From positions 55,430,001 to 55,494,000 of the forward strand of contig NW_024704743.1 in assembly GCF_018977255.1 (NCBI RefSeq): DNA of 64,000 bases, written 5' to 3'. Position numbers and translations under genes: made by a program. The stretch is from Callorhinchus milii (lineage: Eukaryota). Below, one piece after another: positions 50,433 through 61,275 of this stretch. The notes below the pieces were generated by a model, which saw only the letters and a program-made list of their open reading frames with translations, made no database searches and had not been told where the DNA came from. The first letter of the stretch is position 1. Every line of letters starts with the position of its first letter.

Positions 50433-53400
50433 AACAACATTTCATTTACAGAGCGTCTTTCACGTCGGGAGGACGTCCCAAGGCGCTGGACAGTTAGGTC
50501 AGGACCCGAGCAGGGGGGAAATGGTCAGGGTGAGGGGAGGGAAGGGAGGGAGCGAGGAGGGGGTAGAGGGTCGAGAGGGGAGCTGAAGGCACGGTCAAAG
50601 AGAAAGGTCTTGAGACCGGCCTTGAAGGAGGAAAGGGAGGAGGCGGCGAAGGCACTGGGGGATGAGTTCCAGAGCTGGGGCTGAGAGGCTGAAGGCCCGA
50701 CCACCGATGGTAGGGCGGTTGGGGCGGGGGATGTGGAGCAGACCGGAGCCAGAGGAACGGAGGGTACGGGCAGGTAGGTAGGGGGATAGTAGGTCGGAGA
50801 GGTAGGAGGGAGCAAGGCCGTGAATGGCCTTGTAGGTGAGGATGAGGATCTTGAATTCGATCCTCTGGGGGATGGGGAGCCAGTGGAGGCGAGCGAGGGT
50901 GGGAGTGATGTGGTCCGAAGCCTGGTGCGGGACAGTACACGAGCTGCAGAGTTCTGAATGACCTGCAGCTTGTGGAGGGAGGTGCCGGGAAGGCCGGCGA
51001 GGAGAGAGTTCCCATAGTCCAGCCTTGAGGTGATAAAGGCGTGGACCAGGGTTTCAGCAGCGTGAGGGGTGAGGTAGTGCCGTAGTCTGGCGATGTTCCG
51101 GAGGTGATGGAAGGCGGTGCCAGTTGTGGCGCGATATGAGGGAGAAAGGACAGCTCAGGGTCGAACAGAACCCGAGGTTCCTGACTGGCTTTGAGAGGTG
51201 GAGAGTGCAGCCTTGGATGCTGATGCTGTCAGCGCCTGAGGTGCGGAGGCGCTGACGTGAGCCAATCAGGAGGGCCTCAGTTTTCGCACGTTGAGCTGAA
51301 GAAAGTTGTCTCTCGTCCAGGACTCGATGTCGGACAGGCAGCTGTCAGGACATCGGTGGTCGTGGAGTTGAGGGTAGAGGAGGAAAGGTAGAGTTGGGTG
51401 TCATCCGCATACATGTGGAAGTTAACCCCATGTCTGCGGATGATGTCACCAAGGGGGAGCATATAGAGGGTGAAGAGGAGGGGACCGAGGACAGAGCCCT
51501 GAGGGACACCGCACGAGACAGTGCGGGGGGTGGAGGAAAAGCCGTTTGTGGAAACAAAATGAAGACGGTGGGAGAGGTACGACCTAAACCACTCAAGGAC
51601 AGGGCCTTGAAGGTTGAGGTGGGAGGACAAGCGGTGGAGGAGGATAGCGTGGTCGACCGTATCGAATGCTGCCGATAGGTCGAGGAGGCAGAGGGAGCCC
51701 TGGTCACAGATGGTCAGGATGTCATTGGTGACCTTGACCAGGGCAGTTTCTGTGCTATGGGCAGCACGGAAACCCGACTGAAGGGGTTCGAATAATGAAT
51801 GGGTGGAGAGGAAAGAGCGCAGCTGGGAGGCGACAACTCTTTCAAGGACCTTGGACAGGAAGGGGAGGTTGGAGATGGGCCGGTAGCTTGATAGCTGCGA
51901 CGCATCAAGGGAGGGTTTTTTCAAGTGGGAGTGATGGTGGCAGTTTTTAAGGGAATGGGAACAGAGCCAGAGGAGAGGGACAGGTTGACGATGTCTGTGA
52001 TATGTGGGGCAAGGAGGTGGAGCTGAGAGATAAGGAGTGGAGTGGGGATGGGGTCAAGGGAGCAGGTGGTGGGTTTCAGGGATAGGATGAGTTTGGTGAC
52101 GAGGGTGGGGAAACGGGTTCGAAGGTGTGTAGGGGAGGATGGGTAGGAGTCGGAGTGTGGGAGGGAAGAGGTGGGGGGGGAAGTTGGAGGGGGAGTGACC
52201 GCAGAGCGGATTCCCTTGATTTTGGATTGTGGAGTCCTGTTGCTCAGTGGTTAGAGCACTCGCTTTGCAAGCGAGAGACCTGAGTTCAATTCCAGGCAGG
52301 GCGAAACCTTGGGTAAGTTTCCTTACTCCACACAGAGCCTAATAATAATCCCTCCAAAACCAAAAACAATAATAAATTAGTCATTTTCAATCTACGATTG
52401 TTTGTGTGACATTACTGTGCGCAATTGGCTGCCGCGTTCGCCCACAAATATACAGTCAATTCACTTTACAGTGTGTTCTGTGAAGCGCTTTGGGACGTCT
52501 TCCCGACATGAAAAGCGCTATAACAAATGCAAGGATTATTATTATTATTCAAGGAAATCAAGCATCTCCTCGCAGTGAAGGTTGGAGGAGATGACCTGCG
52601 CAGGGTGGCGCGGAGGAGTCGGGATGTGGTAGAAAACAGAAGCCTAGGATTGTTCTTCGCCTCCAGGATTATTCTGGAGTAGAAGGACAACTTGACCGAG
52701 GATAGAGTGGAGCGGTAGATTTTGAGAAGGTCCAGACAGATGTCGGTGGAACGTTAGGCCAGATTTGAGGCAGGTGCGTTCAGCGGCCCGCACCTGGCTC
52801 TTCAGTGAGCAGAGGTGGGTGGTGAACCAGGGGGAGGAGCGAGAGTAGGAGACAGTACGGGAGGTGGTGGGAGCGAGAGTGTCGAGTGTGGAGAAGATGT
52901 TGTGGAGGAGGGCGAGAGCAGAAGTGTGATCAATAAGGGTTGAAGGCCAGAGGGAGAAGAGTTCAGAGGACTCCAAGGCAGCGGTTAGGGATTGTGGGGG
53001 TAACTTCTTCCAGGGGCGGTAGAAGATGGCGGTGGGTCTGGTGGAGGTGGGGAGGAGGTGGTGAAGGAGATGAAGTAGTGATCGGAGACGGTCTTGTCGG
53101 TAATGGTGACATCCGAGACACTGAGGCCCCGGGTGATCACCAAATCGAGTGGGTGGCCGTGGCTGTGAGTGGCGGAGTTAATGTGGAGGGAGAGGTTGAG
53201 TGAGGAGAGCAGGGAGGAGAAGTCCGAGGAGATGGAGCAGGAGGGGGTGAAGTGCAGGTTGAAGTCGCCCAGGATGATGAGGCGATCAGAGCAGAGGCAG
53301 AGAGATGTGAGAAGTGTTGAGATATCAGAGATAAAGGTGGGAGAGGCTTTAGGGGGCCGGTAGAGGAGGAGGATTTTGAGTGAGAGGAAGGAGGGGTGGG

Positions 53401-53986
53401 TGAGGGTGAGGTGCTCAAAAGAGGGGAAAGAGCCAGTGGAGTAGGGAGATAGGGCAAATGCCTTCCGTTAAGGCCATGATGTCAACGCCCTCATCAAGGA
53501 TGAGATCGTTGATGACCAGGGCCTTGTTACAGAGGGAGCGGACATTTTGTAGTCCGATGTGGAGTGAGCGGTTGACAGAAGGGTGTGTGGGGAGAGAGGG
53601 GGGTCCAGGTTGTGAAGCAGGGGTGGGGGGGATAAGGAAGGAGAGGTTGACTCCCCGGGTCAGTGTCCGGGGTGGCTGGCGAGAGTGGTGGGGAATGGGG
53701 CAGTCAGTGTGGCTGCTGCTGGACAGCCAACGCCGAGTGCCACGGTGAGCCCGGCGGAGGATTCCCAGGCTGGAACAGAGGGAGGTTGTGGGAGAGTCAA
53801 GTGGGGATAGAAGGCGAGAGGGACGGAGAGAGAGGAGAGAGTGGGAGAGATGCAGAGGGGGGAGAGTTTGGGGGGAGAGAGGAGAGAGGGGGTGAGGGGG
53901 CTCGGGTCAAAGCGGCAGCCATAGTGTGCACGCGGGGACCGGGAGCGAGCGGTCAGGTGGATGGCATTAGGCTGGGACTGGGGCAG
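50433..53986 (-). mobile_element. Near-full-length L2-clade LINE, frameshifted; copy B
   Basis: RT core ORF 51277..51924 ([44 protein letters not shown]); collinear with copy A; flanked by ACAAC direct repeats (50428-50432, 53987-53991); roughly 0.1-kb deletion in APE near 53460. Confidence 0.95.
52229..52549 (+). mobile_element. Full-length tRNA-Ala-derived SINE inserted in L2 copy B
   Basis: Interrupts GGATT|CAAGG, which is intact in copy A; ATT repeated at both ends. Confidence 0.93.
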
Positions 53987-54414
53987 ACAACCAAAAGCAA
54001 GAGTGCTGCAAATTGAACCAGGCCGCCACCAAGGAGATGCACAGTGAGTGAGGAGAGGTTAACAAAATGACTGGACTCCATTTCGAACCGGATTGCAATA
54101 CGTAATGATGAAATGTCATTTCGATCTGCTGCAGTATAGTTATCCTCTGAACTGTATCCGTACACAATTACGAAATACAGGTGGCAATGCAAAATCAAAA
54201 GGGCAGATGGTGAAAGATGTCAATTTTCTCATCTTGTAGAAATCAATTTTAGCTGTCTATTTGACAAGGTGAGAAATGTCTTGGGAAATGTTCCTTATAA
54301 GCAAACCTATGTCACATTGTAGCAAATCAAGTTGGCTTTGATATTCATCCAGTTCAGATAAAAGACAAAGACTTAAATTATAGTATGTGTTACTCTGTTT
54401 AAGAAACACTTTGA

Positions 54415-54790
54415 ACAACAACTTGCACCCTTCATGCAGGGGTGCTTAACAGTGGCACAGTCGGGGAGGAAGGTCTTCATGTGTGATCTGAAAATTGGGG
54501 AAGGAGGGGGCAAGGTGGAAGGATTGAGGGAGAGTTCCAAAGTTTTAGGACGGAGTGGCTTAAGCCATGGCTGCTGATGGTGGAGTGGACAGGGGACAAG
54601 CAGGAGGCTGGAGCTTGCCGAGCGGAGGCAGCAGGTGATGGAGTGGGAAGTAAGCAGGTTGGAAGGGTAGGGAGGTGCCAGGCATAAAGAGATTTGTAGA
54701 CGAGTATGAGGATCTTGAAATGAATCTGTTCTGTGATAGGGAACCAGTGGAGCCTAGCAAGGCAGGGTGATGGGGGTAGAGTTTAGAGTA
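54415..54790 (-). mobile_element. Old L2 3' fragment
   Basis: Degenerate LHWF / FKILIL / WNSLPQ-like nucleotide text and ACAACAAC tail. Confidence 0.65.
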
Positions 54791-57700
54791 GGCAAGTATA
54801 TGGGGAGCCCAAAACAATTTTAAGTAGTACTGTGCAATGTAATAAATTGTTTTGAGTTATTGTGAATTTTAATGTTTGCAAACTGAAAAAATCTGTTCAA
54901 ACATCAAGATCATTAATATGGATATCAAAATAATGCCTGAGCAACTAAAACCAAATTGACACTAATAATATTCTGAATTAATTTCCTTAAAGTTATTCTA
55001 CATTTACAAATAATTACATTGCACTGCCCTGTGAAACACATTTTCATTATTATTACTGTAACTAGTGCGGTCATGCTGTCTGGCAGTGGATTTCATATCC
55101 TGCAATGCAACACTGCAAATACTACGACATTGAAGAACATTACAAATCTTCAACAAGTCTCACTCCCAAACACATGCTATTCCATCCGGTCTGCTGCATG
55201 GTTCTTGGTACTTCTCCCACCCCATAATCAATGGCCAAGCCACCAGCCCCCGCCCAACTCCTCTCTAAAACTCTACCCTCAATCCCTTTGTCTCACACTC
55301 TCCATCCTCAAAGGCCACCTAAATACCTCCCTCTATGACTGTCTTCCATCATCCTCCTTGCTAAGCGAGGCCATTTCACGCTCCAGCCCACAGGTAGCAC
55401 AAAGTTAAAAGCAGTTTTATTCGCTGCATTTTGATTGCTAGTCTATACTCTTATTTTTATGATTATTCGAGGCAAGATGTAATAGAAACAAGAGGAAAAA
55501 ATAGGCACAGAAACTTTTAATCTCAAGGTTTTATACCATTACTAAAAAAAACTAATTAAAAGTTAGGGGGAAATTACATTAAAATACAACTTTAATTATA
55601 TGGAAACAGAATGTGCTGCTGCAATATGCTCGAGCTTCTAGTATTTCAGCCTGTGCTTCCATGACATTATCTAAAATCTCTATACAATAGCACAATGGCC
55701 TGCTACTGTAGATAATCACTACTTCATAGTTTCAAGTATAAACAAAACTAGATGAAATGCATTCACTAGACTGAAAAGCACAGCACGAGGTGGCCTTTGG
55801 AACTACAATGTTTTATACTAAATATGAGGTGCAGGGATTGTAGATGTGTGCAGGTACAATTCCACATCCTCAATCACAACTACTAAATTAATTTCCAATA
55901 ATTAAGAACCAACAAGTGAAACAAAGAGTTCATTAGGAGAGGGGCAGATCCCACCCAGGGAAAGAATGCATGGTCTTGCTGGCTGGGCAGAGAGAAAAAG
56001 ATGTTGGTTTCAATTGACTTCAAAAAAAGGAAAGATCAATTCTTCATTAATGATCAGAAGATGTGATAAGTTCCTTCAGATGAGATGTTAAACAGAGGGC
56101 CTGTGCCTGTTCAGGTGGATGCTAAAGATCCCACACTGTTCGAAAAGAGAAACTCTTATTTGGTTTCCTGGTCAACAATCCCCCAATTGGCCAATTACTC
56201 CGTGGCTGCTTGTAGGACATTGCTCTGTGCAAAATTAGCTGCCATGTTCACCCACAAAACATGTTTGGGGTGTCTTCCTGAAGTTAAATACGCTATATCA
56301 AATGTAAAAATTATTATTATTATTAATAATAAAGTCACATAAAAGTTAAATTAATTAAGTACTTATCTTACTATGTGTACAGCAGCATTGACTGAAAGTG
56401 CAAGGAAGAAGCGAGAGAGAGGGCACAACTCAACCCCATTATCAGCAAGGTCATCATAATGACAAGGAAACTTCATGACCGATTGTGAGATATTACAGCG
56501 CGCAAATTGTCTGCCTTGATTGCTCTCAAAATACAGTCACTCCATTTTACAGAACATCCTGTAAAGCGCTTTGAGATGTACCAAATGCAAAGTATATTAT
56601 AAACTGGAGTAGCAAGACCCTGTGACTTCAAAATTACAAACTACGTGCACTTTTCTTGCATAGATTTTGTTTTAAGATGCAAAAATAAGATAACTAATGA
56701 TATAAACATGCATTAACTATCTGCAATTCTAAAATAGAGTTGCATTTCCAAAGTAAGGGTAAAAGCAATTATGTACTGGTAGGGTCAAGAGAGCAGTTGA
56801 AGCAGAGAATGAAATAAGAGTTGGAGGATTTGAATCAGTTGTACATATTTAATAGACAAGCAGTAAATTAATTCCAACCCTAAAAAGTGTGTTGCACACG
56901 AAGCAAGCAATTTTGTTTCATAACTACTAAATTTTCACTGAAAAATGCCCAATATTTTGTAAAAGTTGACTGATTACAAACACTTTTCTCCTTAATGTCA
57001 GGATATATTTATATATAACAAATTAACAGATTTATTTTAGTGTCCAGGATTGGGTACACCCATCAGTTTCCACAATGTGCACATAGACTGTAAATTCAGC
57101 TGTGCTCACAAACAAGCTTAAGGAAAAATGAAAGCATTTATGATATAAACCTGGTTATAATTTTACACACAACTGGATCCAGCGAAGGTGAAAGGTAAAT
57201 CTCTAATAGTTATACGTTTGTTTTTAATAATAGTGTTGAATTAGCAAGAGATTTTAAAATAGTCATAAAACAGACCGAAAATTGAGATGAAAAGAAAGAT
57301 AAGGGTTGGCAAGGAGTGTTACAACAGTGGCAGTACAATTTTCAACGCAGTATGTTACATTAGCCCTGTAGCTAATTTGTAAATTGCACGATGCCTTTAT
57401 ATCTGCAACGATTACTTGACTGTAATGGGGGCCTTTCAAAGAGAGTGGATAATCATGTCTCTACTGAGTCAATAATTGTGTTGATCAATAAAGCAAGTGG
57501 TTTATTTATGTCATACTTTTGAGTTTTGATAATCCAAATTAAATCAGACTTCCATCTGGTCTTCCACTGAATTTATAAGTGTAAATTCTATATAGTTGAA
57601 TTGACCCTTTTTTGTGTCCCCAATTTTCTCAACTCCTATAAAAATCCAAAGGTTTATTCAATGGTTCTTATTTACAAGTATAGACTCAGTGAAATTGAAT

Positions 57701-58733
57701 TGGCAGAAGGAGACCCAGAAGTGGTTGTAGCCTTTTTGTTTTCAGCATCAGTTCAATGCAGCAAAGCAATTAAATGAGCAAACAGAATTATAACACTAAA
57801 CAGCAGAGCACAGGAGTACAAGTCTCTGGAAATAAAGCTTTGACTCCACACAGCACAAGTCAGACTGTGTGTAATGTATTTGACTGCATATTTAATTAAA
57901 CATAGGTTTTGGAGAGGATGTACAGAAGAGCTACAAGCCTGATGCCAAGTATAAAGGGAGATGAAGTATGATTAAAATAAAACAAGCTTACATTTTCCAG
58001 TTTAGAAAAATTAGCTACTTATTTACATGAAAAAAAAATCAGGTCATATAAAGTAAACCCAGAATATTAAAAAAAAAAACCAATGTATTGAATAGTGATA
58101 ATAATGAAATTTATAACAGTGAAAAACAGCTTTTAAACAGTAGGGGGAAAAAAATTGCCAAATGTTTGAAATAATAGTGTGGTTGAAGAGGTAGATTTAA
58201 AAAAAAAACTTTCCTCAGGTAAGAGGATTACACTGCTCCAAAAGAGGGGTCCACTCTCAATTCACACAAAGTGCCATTCACACCAAATAATTCACTTACA
58301 GGGTGTGGGCGAGTCCTCTGCACTGGGTGTGGGTCTCTGTCTGTTGGCACTTGTTTTTTGTGACTCATTTTAAAGAAAAGTGCCTCAATCAATGAAATTA
58401 ACAAAAACTGGATTCCGATCAGAGTTGTAGGAAGTTCCAGCCCTAAGAGCTAATTGGGCACCAGATGCCAATTGGATTAATGATTGAGCATCAATATAGC
58501 TGGGAGCTTGAGAGGGAAAAGGAGTCCAGAAAAGATGGCTGTACAAAAAAAAACTTCCTTATCAAAATACATTTTTTGTTAGAACTGTTGGTGCTGCAAT
58601 GGTTACCTTATTCTTGCAGTTTTTTGTAATCTGTAAGTAATAGATATATAATTAATAATGATTTCAGGGAAATGGGGAGGCCTGCCTCTCTAAATGGGTT
58701 CTGTAAGATTCCAAGTTGCAGAATCTGCTTGGA

Positions 58734-59509
58734 ACAACAACAAAATTGCATTTGTATAGCGCCTTTCACGATGGGAGGATGTCCCAAGGTGCTGGACAGT
58801 CAGTGTTTCAGGCCCGAGGGCAGTGGGGGGAACCAGGGTGATCGAAAGCACGGTTGAAGAGGAGGGTCTTGAGATGGGTCTTGAAGGAGGCAAGTGAGGG
58901 GGCGAGGCAGAAGGACTGCAGGATGGAGTTCCAGAGGGTAGGGGCAGAGTGGGAGATGGCCCGCCCGCCAGTGGTGGGGCAGGCGAGGTGGGGGACGTGA
59001 AGCAGGCTGGAGCCCACTGAGCTAAAGGAACAGGCAGGATGGTAGGGGGTTAGTAGATTGCAGAGGTAGGTGAGAGCAAGTCTTTGAAGGTGAAAACCAG
59101 GATCTTGAACTGTATCCTGAGTGATGGAAAACCAGTGGAGTCGGGTGAGGATTGGGGTGATGAATGCATGTAGAAGGGTTTCGGTGGCCTGTGGTGTGAA
59201 ACAGTGTCGGAGCCGGGCGAAGGCAGAGCAGCTCATGGCACGGATGTAGGGTAGAAAGGATAGTTGAGGGTCAAACAAGACCCCAAAATTCTGGACTGGC
59301 TTAGTAAGGTGGAGGGTGCATCCTTGGATGGTGTGGAGGCTCGGACGGAAGCCAATCAGGAGAGCCTCGGTCTTGTTGACGTTCAACTGTAGAAAGTTAG
59401 CTCTCATCCAGAACTTGATGTCTGATAGACATTCAGTCAGGACAGCAGTGGTCCTGGAGTCAAGGGTAGAGGCAGAGAGATACAGTTAGGGGTCATCCAC
59501 ATCCGTGTG
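58734..59509 (-). mobile_element. 5'-truncated L2 LINE
   Basis: ORF 58808..59407 ([42 protein letters not shown]); (TTG)n tail at 58734. Confidence 0.92.
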
Positions 59510-59923
59510 AGAGGGTGGGCGGAGGAGCAGTACAGATATGGGTGCTAGTGAGAAAAAACCTCGCTTTCGCATCATATGTTGGCAGAGCCACACGCCTATA
59601 TAAAGCAATGCTCGGCGCTCCTCATGGTTGCTAACTAATGGTCATCATCCGGTATGAACTGACGTGTACAGGACTACTGTATAGTCAGAGTTGGTTTCAT
59701 GTTCCTTTACTAATGCAGCATTGCGCTGCCAGTTGTTAAATCATGTGATTGTTATGTTCGATCCCATGGTTGTATATCTTCCATTGCTGTATTCCTTATA
59801 CGCAAGGTAGCGTAGGGGTTGCTAGGTTTTAATAAAGAGCTCTTTCCACCGAATGTATTCTTGAGTGTCTGTAGTATTGTAGACAAGAAAAGGAGTAAGC
59901 ACTTCGGAGGGTAGTTGTCAACA
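59510..59923 (+). mobile_element. Probable solo LTR (5' end missing or obscured)
   Basis: TATATAAA at 59597-59604, AATAAA at 59831-59836, terminal ...TCAACA at 59923; more CpG than the flanks; no internal ORFs. Confidence 0.6.
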
Positions 59924-60183
59924 TTGGAGGTCTACTAGTGCAAGCAGATTAAGCAATCCAGTTACCTGGCATTCGGGTTGAATTACCTATCTGTTTGTCA
60001 CTGAATTGGTTACCTTTGAAACAGTGATTCACACCGACAGGGTTAGGAGAAGCAGAGGCCACTTGGTACGAAAGTGTAAAAAAAATTTGCATGCAAGGGC
60101 GAGAACCGTTCCAGTGCAAGTTTTGCTTTTTGGGCGAGACCAATAATTAATTTGCTTTATACTTTAAATAGAACACTTTATAA

Positions 60184-61275
60184 GCAAAGAATTCTTGTTT
60201 TGCATTTCCACCCTTACCCAAACTAGAACACTCTACAGATACAGACACCCCCACCCCTTTGTGTAAGGGACCATGCTGTTTAGGCACTAATGTATACAGT
60301 ATACTGAAAAACTGAGCACAACCCTCTCTGTACAGTTAACTTGCATCAAATATTCTGACTATTTGTGCAATCTGGCTGCCATGTTTACCTACAAATAGTC
60401 ATTATACTTTACAGTAAAATCCTGTGCTTGAGATGTTTCAATAACATGATAAAGCACTGTATTAAATGCAAGGATTATGTTTTAAACACCATTAAATCAA
60501 ATGGAGGCAAGCCAGCTGAACAATGAAAATGAAGGTACTGTGCAACACTGGTGGCACTAAAAGGCAAATGAACAGAAAGCACACACAAGATTTTGCTTCG
60601 TGGAGCTCAACTGTTATTACAATCAGTACATCAAATCTGAATTTGTATTTTGAGTACATCCCCCGCTGAAGGCCACCAAAAATGACTGGGCTACCATTGT
60701 AATTGAAGTTAACACTGTTCCTAAACAGATACGAAGTGCAGAGGACTTTGGAGAATGGCTTCATTGACATGAAGTGGGTCCAACAATAAAGTGGAATAGA
60801 ATTGTTTTTTTTGAAAAGGTTCCCTGGAAGACAAACAAACCCATACAGTATCCCAAGAGATACCCAGCCAAACAGAGAATGATAATAGGCCAGCAGTTCA
60901 ATCATTCAGACGGATACTGGATACAACCTGCTCAAAAGTTTACGATTTCCCCCACCCAACAAACTCATGCAAAAATAATAAAATATTTCATTGCAATTTT
61001 TTGGCAGTCAGCTAGATGTCTGCCTGCTCCTCGAAGTCTGGTCAATCAGCTAGGCTACCTGGATATATCTATCCAGTTATACATTTCCAGGAATGCACAT
61101 GATGCTCATAAATAAGGACAGTATAGGTCTCGAATTTGGCCTAAGAAGCTGAACCACACCAGTTGGAAGAAAAAGGGGTGGAATTCTGCCTCCATTCCAA
61201 GGAAACAGGAAGGAACAACCACGATTGTAATCAGAATTCATGGATGGGTGGAAATGCAAAACAAGAATTCTTTGC
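60184..61275. repeat. Perfect 30-bp inverted repeat pair (60184-60213 / 61246-61275)
   Basis: GCAAAGAATTCTTGTTTTGCATTTCCACCC and its exact reverse complement. Confidence 0.92.

Noticed and set aside
54105..54150. Possible C/D box snoRNA (ATGATGA...CTGA)
   Set aside because: Only about 45 nt between the outer boxes, no clear terminal stem, and antisense to BZW2.
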